Source of the DNA: Epiperipatus broadwayi
Lineage: Eukaryota > Animalia > Onychophora
Length of the DNA: 64,000 bases
NCBI GenBank assembly: GCA_028023455.1
Contig: JAQFVV010000008.1
Location: 16,740,001 to 16,804,000, forward strand
Reading direction: 5' to 3'
Shown one piece after another: positions 12,979 through 25,804 of this stretch (position 1 is its first letter; every line of letters starts with the position of its first letter). The notes beneath the pieces are model-generated. The model saw only the letters and a list, made by a program, of their open reading frames with translations. It had not been told where the DNA came from and made no database searches. The position numbers were made by a program, and so were the translations under genes.

Positions 12979-13022
12979 ACCAACTGATGATTGCTGGTTT
13001 AGCATGAAATACGTATATTGGT
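12979..13022 (+). ncRNA. Minimal type I hammerhead ribozyme (family 1)
   Basis: ACCAA CTGATGA TTGCT ggttt AGCAT GAA ATACGTAT A|TTGGT. Full core, palindromic helix III ATACGTAT, AUA triplet, predicted cut after 13017. Confidence 0.85.
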
Positions 13023-13453
13023 GATTATTTATCTTTTCAGCATATATGTGTTTAGGTGTATCAGTGTTATTAGATAGAGTGGAGAGAGGTGGGTGGTGTG
13101 AAAGTCTGTGCTCATATACCCTATATTACATATATATAGCCACAGGTATATAACAAGCCTGTGTTTCAGTTATTACATTATAGAGATGTCTGCCCATCCT
13201 TGCATATGTATTAAATGGATTATGTCCTGTACATGTGGGGTTCGGATTGACCTTAGGTCAACATGGGTGTGACAATAATCTCTGCCTCAGGGTGGCCTTT
13301 GAGCATTCCATCATCAGATTTTCAATTGGATGGACGGTTGAAGAGTTGGAGTGTGGAGTGGATTGAAGCCTGTCCATTAAACTATGAGGATAGTCTATCT
13401 TAATATATATCTGAGCACTTATACTGTATATGTGTGTAAAGATGATAGTCTGG

Positions 13454-13497
13454 ACCAACTGATGATTGCTGGTTTAGCATGAAATACGTATATTGGT
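13454..13497 (+). ncRNA. Minimal type I hammerhead ribozyme (family 1)
   Basis: Identical to 12979-13022; predicted cut after 13492. Confidence 0.85.
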
Positions 13498-15289
13498 GAT
13501 TATTTATCTTTTCAGCACATATGTGTTTAGGTGTATCAGTGTTATTAGATAGAGTGGAGAGAGGTGGGTGGTGTGAAAGTCTGTGCTCATATACCCTATA
13601 TTACATATATATAGCCACAGGTATATAACAAGCCTGTGTTTCAGTTATATATTGTTTTTATTAATTAGGTCAAGGCATTTGACCCAGTTATTCAAACATT
13701 TGTTTGAAATTAGTTGGTTGTCCACCAGTTAATTCATATACAGCTTCTATGCGATAAAATAAGAAAAAGTGTTATTATATGTGAAAAAATCTAAGATATT
13801 TCAAATGAAAACTGGTGTTAAATGAGAATGTATACCATCTCCATTTTTATGACAATTGTCTTTATAATTTTTTATAAGTGGTGTAATGAATCAGGAATCA
13901 CGATTTGATTAGGTTTGATGGTGAAATCAATTAAAAGCAAAAAACAAAAACTTCATTTTTGTTTTGTTCTGGATTTACAGTATGCTGATGATTGTACTAT
14001 CCTTACTATTTCTAAAGGTGATCTATAAAATATATGTATATTTTAAATGCTACATAAAGATTTTATCAGATGATAGAAGAAAAATATTTAACGACTTTTA
14101 GATTTGATGATTATTAACTTGAGAATGTGAACCAATTTAAGTATGTTAGTAGCTTTTTAAAGAAAATATGGACTTAGATGTTGATGTACAATACAGACTT
14201 CTATGTGCTGACATTCCTTTTAACAAATTAAAAGATTATTTAATCACAGTGAAATAACTACTGGTACTCAATTTGGCTGTATATGCTTATTGTATGGAAG
14301 TTAGACTTGGATGTATTATTGACATAATATAAAATTATTAGAAAAGTTTCATTTAAGGATGCTACATAAAATTTTAAAAATATAATGGCAGGCTCATAAT
14401 TGCTGGGATGTGATACTTTAAAGTCAACTATTGTAAAATCAAATCTTTGTTGGATAGGGCATGTAAAATGAATGAACAGTATAAGATTTTGTAAAAAATA
14501 AATTTGAGTAAGTTTTGTAGGAGAAGTGGTCTCTATTTCCAATATAAAGATTATATGAAAGACATTCGCTAAAAATACAATAGTGATGGTCTTCATTGGA
14601 TTGATGTGACTGAGAATAGAATACAATGTAGAGCTATATAACAAGTTGTTGAAGTCTTTCAAAAAGAAAAATTTACTATAGAAGTCAAAATACACTATTA
14701 CAAGACAGATAATAGAATAATTGATTATTGTGTTATTTATATGAATATATTTGTGATTCATGGATTAATAATTAATTCATCTATAAAATTTTACAATCAC
14801 CATTATACTGAATTTAATTACTATCTAGTCATTAAAATCCATGAAACAGACAATATATCCAGTATTGGACAATATCTTTTTTTAATGTTAATGATAACTT
14901 TATTCACCAAAATGATAGAATTTATAATCAAATTTAAAATTCAGCCTATAATTATTCCAACTATTTCCTCATTTTAGTTTTTTTTAAAAAGTCTCTTCAA
15001 ACTCAGATACACTTAATTTTATTTAAAATTTTACTAGATTATATTAAAAAAAGATTAGAAATCCAGCACCGATAATTGTACAACTGATATTGCTGCTGCG
15101 TTTGATTCTACTTCAATATTATATTTATTTAAAAAGCATAATTTTCCAGTAATATATATTTGCCAATTTACTATTTGACAAGTTCACATTATTTTAAAGG
15201 GTAAAATTTTATCATTTTTAGTCCATGCTAAGAATTTCCTTTCAGTTCATTGTTTTTCATTACTTAACCCATTACTTAAAAAAAAAAAA

Positions 15290-15960
15290 AAACAAGAACC
15301 CAGGAATATATATTCCAATTCTAGATCTGTCAATCATATAACTTACAGGGATGATCTCATCATTTTTCTATTACCTAAAAAACAAAACTTTAAAATATAA
15401 TTGAACAATACCCATACTCAAATTTAAAAACAACAAATTATTCTCTTGAAATATTTTCACTGACACTATGATAGAATCTAACTCTTAGTAACAAAAATTC
15501 ACTTCTCACTAAATGCAATAAGAATTTGAAATTAAAAATTTGATTTCAATTGAAAACGCTACCAATTCATTGCCAAAAGCATATCTCTTGATGCAAAGGT
15601 CTCACTTGTTAGCATGCTCATTTATCGTAAAATTGCCTATTATGCATCAGTTTTGAATTTACAAACATCTATTATGGAAAATATATTTTGTGCCAAACTC
15701 ATATCAGTCAAAAAAATAATGCAATAAGCATTAAAACTATCTAAAAGCATGCAAAAAATAATGGCCTCTCACTAAATGTGCCTCTATCTTTAATTTTCAA
15801 AGAGCAGTAAATGAAATAAATTGACTATTAATATAGCATCCAAAACTATATTAAAATAACTCCACCTGATATACCATTACCAACTTCAAACAATTCATCA
15901 TTGGATTTAATACATAGCTGCTTAAACTTATGAATATCCTGCAATTTATGATAGGGAAAT
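15290..15960 (+). mobile_element. Tx1/L1-like LINE RT fossil fragment
   Basis: ITYRDDLIIF (~15340) and AKSISLDAKVSLVSMLIYRKIAYYAS (~15570) resemble the fossil at 21360-21720. Confidence 0.45.
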
Positions 15961-16133
15961 TAAATACTGGCAGGTGTATGACAACAAAATAATGATGAAA
16001 CCATTATTTTTCTAACATCTAATAATTGTAAAATATTAAATTTTTTAATTAAAATTAACCAGACATTACCAACAAACAGTTTTTTGTTAAATAAAATGAC
16101 TAATGCTAGAAAAGATAGTTTCACAAGCAACAT

Positions 16134-16776
16134 CTATCTTAATATATATCTCGGCACTTATTTCATATATGTGTAGAGATGATAATCTGGACCATCTGAT
16201 TGCTGGTTTAGCATGAAATACGTATATTGGTGATTATTTATCTTTTCAACATATATGGGTTCAAGTGTTTCAATGTTATGAGATAGAGTGGAGAGTGGTG
16301 GGTCATGTGAAAGTCTGTGCTCATATACCCTATATATTATGTATATTGCTACAGGTATATAATAAGTTTGTATTTCAGTTATTACATAGTAGAGATATCT
16401 GCCCATTCTCGTATATGTATTAAATGGATTATGTCCTATACATGAGGGGTCAGATTGACTTAGGTCAACATGAATATGATGAGAATCTCTGCCTCAGGGT
16501 GGCCTTTGAGCATTCCATCATCAGAATTTTCAATTGGATGGATGGTTGAAGAGTTGGAGTTTGAGGTGGATTAAGATTGCCTACCTTAATATATATATCT
16601 GAGCACTTATTGCATATATGTGTAGAGATGATAATCTGGACCCACTGATGATTTCTGGTTTAGCATGAAATACATATATTGGTGATTATTTATCCGTTCA
16701 ACATATATGGGTTCAAGTGTTATGAGATAGAGTGGTGGGTCATGTGAAAGTCTGTGCTCATATACCCTATATATTA
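16134..16776 (+). mobile_element. Older family-1 tandem (about 452-bp unit) with two degraded hammerheads
   Basis: Same unit order as 12929-13647. First motif (16191-16231) has lost 3 nt of the core (CTGATTGC); second (16640-16683) has a full core with stem I, II and III substitutions. Confidence 0.8.
16640..16683 (+). ncRNA. Degraded type I hammerhead motif (family 1)
   Basis: ACCCA CTGATGA TTTCT ggttt AGCAT GAAA tacatat A TTGGT. Confidence 0.5.
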
Positions 16777-19499
16777 AACTATTTCCTAATGACTTGTACT
16801 GCACTTCAAATTTATGTAGCATAATTACCATCACAAAGTCATTAATGCCCTCTCTTTAGTTACTAATTAATGATATAAATAAGGGACATTTTTTTAACAT
16901 CAGAATAATTACTTTTTTTTCACTTTACGACATCTAAGATATCATTTCTGTTTTAACCCATCTCTAAAACTATTTTTTTAATAAAATAGGAAAAATTAAA
17001 GTTAGAAATGTTTGCATCTATTGATAACTTTGCTGCTACATGGAGTTTAATCTCATTATAGTCAACACTGTAATTATCTGGGGTAATCAATATTATTATA
17101 CTCTCATCTATCCTGTTTTAATTAGGTACAGTAATTTTTGTTGTTTTTTAATCTTATCCTAAAATGTAATCACAATTATCAATCAAATATATTTTAGTTG
17201 CAATAATATATGTATATATATGAGAAATAGTATCACAATCCTATTAAATCTATTAATGGCACTTTTATAGGATGACAATGATATTTTAAATAGAACAATT
17301 TTGATCATCTTTTGAATAATGATAACAAAAAATGAGAGGATGAATTTTAATGATATATCCACTTTATCTACTCATTTAGAATTGGATAAAAATATCTATC
17401 TTGGTAAAGTCAAAATAGAAATTTGAAGAATAAAAATAATCAAAATATACAAATCTAAAATATTCATTGGTCTCTGAAGAAATCATTTTATATTTCAGTA
17501 TTAAAGAAATGTTTTGACAAAGTGTATAATCTATTACATAATATACAAATAAAATTATAATGTAAATCATTCAACACAGAACTAATTTCCAAATTTATAA
17601 GCTCATTTCGGGGGAAAGTTGAGGAACAAAAGATACAGAAATATAGTGGTGAATAAAGACAAAAAAAGAACTCAACATGTTTCATTCATCTCAAAGTACT
17701 TGAATTTAATTGATTAGACTAAATTACCAAATGCTATTAGGAAAATAAATATGTTGTATTTCATTATTCTCAAGAAGAACTTCATTTAAAATATAAAACT
17801 GATTGCTTCCACATTAGCAAAGAATTATTCCTAATGCAATGAAGGCATTTAGATTGTTTGAAGACATGCGTTCAAGATTAGTGGAATTTATAATAAATCT
17901 TAGCATAATAGATGTCATATTTATAAGTGGAAATAGGCATCCAATGTTACTTAAGATATTTAAACATACGGAAAAACAAATTATGGGCAAATGTGGAAAG
18001 ATTATGAGACATTCAACAGCTGCTATAAAAATTGATGTTAGGACAAAAATTATTAAAAGTATTTACCTTTTTTTAAATCATTTTCCAGCAGACAAAAGAT
18101 GTATCATAGATTTAATGTGAAAAAAATTGCTTTTGTCTTTAAAAATCTGGAAAAGACACATCTTTAAGTTTAAATCATAGTTTGAAATTATCTTAGTTGA
18201 TTATATTATGAATAAGTTTAATTCATTAAAAAATGGTATTAAGAAAGGTAAAATTGAATGAAGATAATCACTAATAAGATGGTTGAATTTCATCATCATA
18301 AATATATATGCTATTGAAAGGTCTGGAGAGAAATGCCATTTTTATTAATTGCCAGAATTTTAATGCCAATTTGATAGCTACTAATTATAATAAATATGAA
18401 AAAATATGTTTTCCATCACTGAGTTTTAAAAGAAGAATTAGAATTGCTAACTGCTGGACTATTGGTTGCTAGTTCAATTTTAGATTAAGAAGACATTTTT
18501 CAAAAACATAAGTATTACAAAACAATTATAAAAAAATTTTAAACATATAAATTGAAATATTTCATGCATAGTCTTTATTTATAGAATAACTTACTGATTA
18601 ATAAAAACAGTGATAAAAAGTTTGGCAGCTGTCAATAACAGTTTTAAATGCCATTCTACTGTGTCATATAATTACATCTCTTAATGAAAATTTTAGTTAA
18701 AATCTAAAAAATAATGTTCAGAATTTAATTATTCCAAATAAATTAAAGCATAGCAAAATATTTCTAAAGAATCAATTCGTCTTCAATCCAATATTGAAAA
18801 AATGTAAATCATTGTTTCCAAATGATTATTCTCTCAATGTTGGATTGAAGAATTGTTTCCGAACCCTGCACGGATTTGATGCAGTTGCTAGAATGTCCAA
18901 CTTTGGACTGTAAGATCCCAGTATTGATTTTGGCCATCAAACTTCTTATGAATTCCTGAGCTATAAAACCATATGCTTTTTTTATTATTATTATTGCTTT
19001 TGAACAAATTTTGAAAAAAATGAAAATATCACTCTTATGTATCTGCAGATATTTGCACAACTACAGGAAGTTTGATCTCATCACCACTGTAAATATTTGT
19101 GCATGTGTTTCATTTATTATTCAAACTTTTAATTATTTTAGTTGATTAATACTACTTCACATACAATAATATTTTTCTTTATATATTGTAATTATCCTCT
19201 TTTTTTCTAAATTCTTTACACTATTTCAACTACGCATTTAACTATAAGATTCAACTTTGAAAGAAAGTAATTATATTATTGGATTTAAACTTTTATAATT
19301 GAAGAATGCTTAGAGCTAAAACAGATGAAAACAGTACTCTAACAGAAATGATTGAACACTTGGCAGAGGACTTCATACCCATGGAGTTTAATGGTAATCA
19401 AACCATTGCTAAATGCTCACCAAACTAGAGAATACACAAAAGTGTCACATAGACTCCAACACTCTGTAAAACCAATTCACAGCCGATCATGCTAATGAA

Positions 19500-22400
19500 G
19501 TTAAAAATAACAGCGTTTAATATCAGGACTTAATCACAAAAATACATCAGCTAAAACAATGGATAAAGATCACAACCTCATATACTAGGACTTCTAGATT
19601 AAAATCTGTAATAGCTCACAAATTGACCCCTCAATACATCATCTCCCTCAGAAGGTATTGGACTGCTTATAACACCAGATTTTCCATTTGAGTCATTTAA
19701 AATCACACACATATATATATAGATGCAAATCTACTAATAGTAACTTTTACTTATCAAATCATCACACTAAACATTATATTTGTGTATATCCCACCTGGTC
19801 CTGCAGTTGTCTCAAACATTATTTTGAACATAAACTCGCTGCTGGTTCTAGTTCTCATCCAACTATACTAATCAGGGATTTAAATATAAAATATCAAGAT
19901 TCTATTTCAAAGTGGCTACATCAAATATCAATAAAGCTTATGAGTGCTGAGGGTTTTCTGTCAAGTGATGCAATTACCTTTCATGATGGTCATCATACAT
20001 CTGTGTTTTTACTCACCTATGTTATACCATCAAATCAGCCTAAACATGAAATCAACTCCTTTCTCTGATCACTCTGCAGAAAACATGTTGATAAACCTGG
20101 CAGAAATCCAAACAACTGCACTTACAACATACGAAAACAACTAGAATATTGCTTTCAATTGCCACCCCAGATTTTATTTTCTCAGAAACATATATAATGC
20201 TTCACAAAATCAAAGAGATGCAATTATCCCCATCCAAAGATACTTAGTATTCATAAATATTTTATCTTTTAATATAGATCACATTATATGCAAATCCCCC
20301 CCCACCCTCAAGATTACTAGCTCTGGATGATGAAATATAGAGATGGATTACAATAATAAACCCAACCCACACCAGTCAACAATATATATGCAAGCATACA
20401 GTAACATTTGTAACCATCTGAAAAATTATCTAGCAATAAAAAAGTAAAATCTGCCTCAATCAACAACATACATGGACAAAGAAATACATTTGCTGGGCTT
20501 TGGGCTACCCATCTACTGTCAGAGTGCCAATGGCATTCACAGATATGCAGGAAATAACATGTTAAAAACAATCATCATTTCAAACAAAAGCTACAAACAT
20601 ACCACCCAGTCATATTTATTTCTGATGTTATTTGGAAAACCAGAAACACACCCCATTTAACATCATAGAATTTGCTACTAAACTGGCAACAGTACCTAAT
20701 GCATGTCATCCCGGAGCACATGGAATCCAAAAATTTGTCCTTGCACATCTCGGTCAGTTCACTACCCAATATTAGTGTGACCATGCAAATCACATATCAC
20801 AAAAGGTACATGACAGCCAGGGTTTATATCCCAATTGCAATAGTCTCCTTCAACAAGAAACAAATCTCATATCAACACTATCCAACCTCTGACTCACCTC
20901 AATGGGGCCACTTACAATTGAAAAAGTACTAAACGATAGCCTAGATACATACATTCTACCACTAATTTCACACAACCAGTTTGCAAGGAAGCAATCGTCT
21001 ACTGCACAGGCTGCGATGATTCAAAAGAGTTTTGAACTCAATTCAGGACTGAAAAAGGTATGCACCAATAGCAGTTCAACTTCATATAGGAGCAGCTTTT
21101 GACTCAGTTGACATTAATACATTAATTAATATGCTAACTGACACACAATCCCACAAACTCATCTGTACCTGCTCACAAACCCACTACTTAGCAGAGAAAT
21201 CCATATTGCACTCAATGACAAAAATTTTCCAGCATTCATCCCCACACAATCCATCCCAAAGCTCCCCATTCAGTTCACTGCTATTTACTTTCTACATCAA
21301 CTCACTCATACTCAAAATCCAGCAGAGTATCAAAGGCATCCAAATACCAGGCACATACAACATATAGCCTGCATTGCATATATGGATGACATCACACCCT
21401 TCCATCTAGAAAGCAGATACCAATACTACAGAAAATACTGCGAATTCCAATCAACACACCATCTAAAATTTAATCAGAACAAGACTGCTGCCTGGTCTCT
21501 ATACACCAGTAAGCCATGCACACAAATTTTCCAAGGCAAAAAATCCATCAGCTTTCCTTTCTACTTGGGGACAAATGCAATGAAGCAAAAAATCCAGAAC
21601 AAGTTAAAAGATGAAGCAGAATGGATCACTGCTTCTCTAGCAAAAGCATACCTCTCAATATACACTAAAGTACAATTTTTCAATCAGCTGGTGATCACCA
21701 AGATTATCTACTATGCTCCCATAATTTTCAATTCTCCAAAGCTTTCACATAAAAAAAATCTCTTCATATTGCAATAAACTTCTATGGAATAGGAAGACAG
21801 TATCAATATCTACAAAATGCTTTAGTCACCCAGCAATACACAATGGCTTGGGGCTGCACAACATAGAATTTTTTCAAATACAGAAGACCGCAAACTTTAT
21901 AATAGCCACCCTCAGACATTTCCTAGAACTTCAATGTCTAAAGCAAATACCTAAAGACAAACCTCCACCTTCACATTGCTATATATCAGTTATAAACCAG
22001 TTTAGAACCATACATACACAAATATCACTTCAAACAACAACAAAATATTCATATTGACAGATCTATACATTGATATACCTGGGACATACACCAGAAATTC
22101 CCACCCAGATGCTTGGAATAAACCAACAGCTGCTTAAAAAATGCTCCATGGAGCCCAAACTTTCTGATTTCCTGCTTAGACTGAATCTATATGCCTTGCT
22201 ATCATCATACTTCCTAAGATACAGATGTTTGTATACAAAAATAGACCCCTTCTGCACACTATGCCACCAAGCAGAATAAACTCAACATTTTACAACAGCT
22301 CAGCATTAAACAATATTTGGCATGAAATGACTAATAATACAGACAACCAAACATCTCCCTGCAGGATATTAAAAGCACATTCTGCAGAACATCCACTCCT

Positions 22401-22874
22401 ACAGTCCGTGCAGCAACTTTCATGCTCTATGCATTTTGGTGCACGCGATGCACATTCGCTTTTGGCAATAATACAAGACGACATACATCAATATTTCATA
22501 ACAAATTAGCACAATTAAAAAACACAGTAAAATAGCATGGCCAGACATCTTCGCAGACACTTGGTCACTCATAAAACAACGCTCAAATCTCTAATAGTTC
22601 TGCCATATCTCAAATCAGTTAATATACTTGAGAGAGAGTGCAAGAAAATGGACATCACAGAATCCAAGGATCGATAGATGATAATAAAACATACAAAATA
22701 TTGAGCGGAAACATACCCCAGCTTACAAAACCAATATCTAAAGACTAATAAACTGTTACAAAGCATTAATGCAAAATGCATATATATGTACTGTATACAT
22801 GTGTATTAATTATCCAAATGTAAATTAGATAACTTTGAGAAACAATTTAAAGAAAAACGGAATTTAAAAAAAAA
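19500..22874 (+). mobile_element. Tx1/L1-clade LINE ORF2 fossil (APE-RT-C-terminal Zn knuckle)
   Basis: PTILIRDLN and FSDHSA (APE); VLNDSLDTYILPLISHNQF and QSSPFSSLLFTFYINSL...IKGIQIPG...MDDITPF (RT); GLGLHNI; PFCTLCHQAE; A-run at 22866-22874. Confidence 0.75.
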
Positions 22875-24249
22875 GCTAGCAGAGATCATATAAATTTAGT
22901 ATTATAAACTGGAACAAACAATCCATGGCTCACCCAGTTTATATCAGTAAAGACTTGTAAAGAACTTAGATATACACAATATGCATAATAATCAGAAACA
23001 TCAATGTCAACATATATATACAGAAATTATTAATATAACTGCTCTTCTAGTCTGTATAAAGTTCCTTTTTGAAACATAACTATTTTAAAACCATAGGTAT
23101 AATTTTAAAATTAACTAATTAGCAAAATTTTTATTTATTTAAATATTTGATCATGTTAAAAGTAAACATCTGTCTGTATGACATTTTTCTGGCCATAATG
23201 AAGAATGTGTTTTAGAATCTTTTTTGCTTCATAATCAGAGCAAAGCCATCAAATTCTTTTAAAATGAATGACAAATAAATTTTAGTACCTATAGATGCAT
23301 GGGGACTAGTGCCGGCCAGTAAAACTTTTAAGCAGGGGTGCTTTATTACAATATCGTTGCCAAAAAATAAGAAAAACTACATAGTATTTCTAGTTATGCA
23401 ACAACACAACCATTTCATTTTTCTACGACAGTCATTGATAAAAGATTAATCTACTTTTTGTTTTTACTAACTGCTGTTTGGCAATATCTGGAGTAGATCT
23501 ATCTTTTTTTTTCATATAATGTCAATTGGGGAAATATATATTTTTATATACACAACACTAACAGTCATCATGATAAATAATTAAAATAATATTTTTTTAT
23601 TTTGTTATATTTTTCTGTAATAAATATTTATTTGTTCATTTATAAATATTAATTACAAGAAAAAGTCAGTACATTTTATTACTCATCCTAAATGAAAACA
23701 ATAAAAATTTATTCGGGTCTGAATAGAAAGCAGAATTGGTAAACATATTGCTCTCAACTAACTTCTGATATTGCTGCAGTGGTCGTTTAACGCATTGATA
23801 AAAAAAAAAAACAAATCTTGGCAGAACTTGCTGAAATTTACCAAATATAATCTTTCTGACATTGCTATAATTACTTTCAAAAGTAACCTTTATTAGTAAA
23901 AGATTACAAAAATTTTTGGGTACACTTACCCATTGAGAATTACAAAGTGTTCAATGTAACAAACAAGGTAAAACAATTATTGATTATATAAGGTACCAGT
24001 CGTTAAATCAAACCTGCAGTTAACAGGTCATGACAAAATTTTGTAGTTCATATTTTTTTCACCAGAGGGTTTCTTGTTGAATTATTTAAAAATTTGTTAT
24101 AACTGAACCACAGGCTTGCTATATACCTGTGGCTATATATATGTAATATAGGGTATATGAGCCCAGACTTTCACACCACTCACCTCTCTCCACTCTTTCT
24201 AATAACACTGATACACCTAAACACATATATGCTGAAAAGATAAATAATC

Positions 24250-24293
24250 ACCAATATACGTATTTCATGCTAAACCAGCAATCATCAGTTGGT
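24250..24293 (-). ncRNA. Minimal type I hammerhead ribozyme (family 1)
   Basis: Exact reverse complement of the 12979-13022 motif. Confidence 0.85.
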
Positions 24294-24477
24294 CCAGACT
24301 ATCATCTTTACACACACATATAGTATAAGTGCTCAGATATATATTAAGATAGACTATCCTCATAGTTTAATGGACAGGCTTCAATCCACTCCACACTCCA
24401 AATCTTCAACTGTCCAGTCTATCTTAATATATATCTGAGCACTTATACTATATATGTGTGTAAAGATGATAGTCTGG

Positions 24478-24521
24478 ACCAACTGATGATTGCTGGTTTA
24501 GCATGAAATACGTATATTGGT
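24478..24521 (+). ncRNA. Minimal type I hammerhead ribozyme (family 1)
   Basis: Identical to 12979-13022; predicted cut after 24516. Confidence 0.85.
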
Positions 24522-24744
24522 GATTATTTATCTTTTCAGCATATATGTGTTTAGGTGTATCAGTGTTATTAGATAGAGTGGAGAGAGGTGGGTGGTGTGA
24601 AAGTCTGGGCTCATATACCCTATATTAAAAATTTGTTGTGAAATATCAAATACATGAAATTATAATATAAAAAAAATAAATAACATAATTATAAAAAAAT
24701 AATTTATTAAAATAATAACAATATATCCTATCAACATTCATATT

Positions 24745-25361
24745 TACTGTCCAATGTAGTTTTTGCTTATGATAGCAATAAAATTCGCAAAGACTGTGTC
24801 AGTCGTGTAGTGAGTCCTGAAAGCAAATTCATGCAGATAGGATTCGAATAAAGTACTGCTGGTACCCACACTGATGTTTGAGCTTGCGTTTAGCTCTCAT
24901 CCACATATTTTCCACATTCTGTGTGTGGATATCAGGGTCATGAGAATCTACAAAGTTCTCCTGGTGTATGATGACAGACTGCATATATACACCATTATGG
25001 ATTGTGCTTAAGTTGTTATATGCACCCCATCTGTCCGCACTGCACACCACAATGCTGACATAGGGTACTATTCTTAAGCAGGCATCTCCTTACTAACCAC
25101 TTCATTGTTAACTCTGGAGTTCAAAGTTCATCCATCAATGGCCATGATGTCCAATTTTCTATGTGAATATCTGCAGCATATAACACTTCATTGTCTGGCA
25201 CTACAACTACATTACCATTTATAGGATTCATTGCCCCAAGACAATGTAACAATTTCACACTACCAGAAATACTTTATTCCAATCCTACCTATAGGGATTT
25301 GCTTTGCGAATTTTATCTTTTCTTTTATCTTTTCTATAAACGAAAACTACAATGCACAGTA
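24745..25361 (-). mobile_element. Merlin/IS1595 (ISXO2-like) DDE transposase C-terminal fragment bounded by imperfect inverted repeats
   Basis: SADRWGAYNNL...HQENFVDSHDPDIHTQNVENMWMRAKRKLK, then (frameshift) GTSSTLFESYLHEFAFR; inverted repeats at ~24745-24791 and ~25301-25361. Confidence 0.7.
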
Positions 25362-25564
25362 ATTCGACAAGAAACACTGGTGAGAAAAATTTAAAACAAA
25401 ATTCGAATTTTTTTGTGACCTGGAAACTGCAGATTTATCAAATCAATTAACTAAAACAGTTTAATAATTAAAATTCACTTGTTAAGTTTCTTCCAGGAAG
25501 TTCTTTGAATGATAATTCTACAAATGTCTCTATTAGTAATATATTATAAGCTCAATTTAGTCAC

Positions 25565-25793
25565 TGTTATGTCCACATCCATTTTAATACAAATACTAAT
25601 CAGTTGTTTACACTTAACATTTATTTATACAATACATTTATTATATTTACAATGTGGCTGTACGTACCTTCATTACAGTGGGTTTAATTAGTAAGTCCAA
25701 CAAAATGCGTTGATGCCATTACTCAAGTTAGTGACTAAAAAATGTTCATCCCACAGCTAACCTTTGTGACATCTCATAATGCAATACATAACA
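25565..25793 (-). repeat. 3' LTR of Gypsy element 1
   Basis: Direct repeat of 29876-30104; 14 differences in 229 bp by manual alignment. Confidence 0.95.
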
Positions 25794-25804
25794 TCCCTTC
25801 CCCC

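Larger units (their letters stand above)
12929..13647 (+). mobile_element. Retrozyme-like ORF-less tandem repeat, family 1 (475-bp unit, ~1.5 copies, two hammerheads)
   Basis: 12929-13172 is repeated almost identically at 13404-13647; period 475 bp; possible TATATAT TSD; no ORF with recognisable homology. Confidence 0.85.
12560..14680 (+). mobile_element. RTE-clade LINE fossil interrupted by a family-1 hammerhead insertion
   Basis: LNGKTASPDEVSGEV, PEIQCGCRESKSTIDKIFAARK (ORF 12780-13007), IYIVFIN*VKAFD after 13650, YADDCT at 13981. Confidence 0.75.
24099..24624. mobile_element. Fold-back family-1 insertion (inverted arm with tail plus forward copy), 13-bp TSD
   Basis: Arms of about 210 bp (24144-24355 and 24416-24626) separated by ~60 bp; TTAAAAATTTGTT at 24086-24098 and 24625-24637. 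Confidence 0.9.

Noticed and set aside
12929-13647. Small ORFs in hammerhead repeats (13258-13458; also 16158-16406, 46676-47000, 50753-50950) as encoded peptides
   Set aside because: Not conserved in start or stop between copies; no homology recognised.
13985-13991. CTGATGA as a hammerhead core
   Set aside because: It is the YADD codons of the RTE reverse transcriptase; no GAAA follows.
14258-14977. 167-aa and 78-aa ORFs
   Set aside because: Low-complexity I/F/N-rich; the longer one is antisense to the RTE fossil; no domain motifs.
17400-18300. Possible coding remnant (ORF 17839-18120)
   Set aside because: Could not assign any family motif by eye; needs a profile search.
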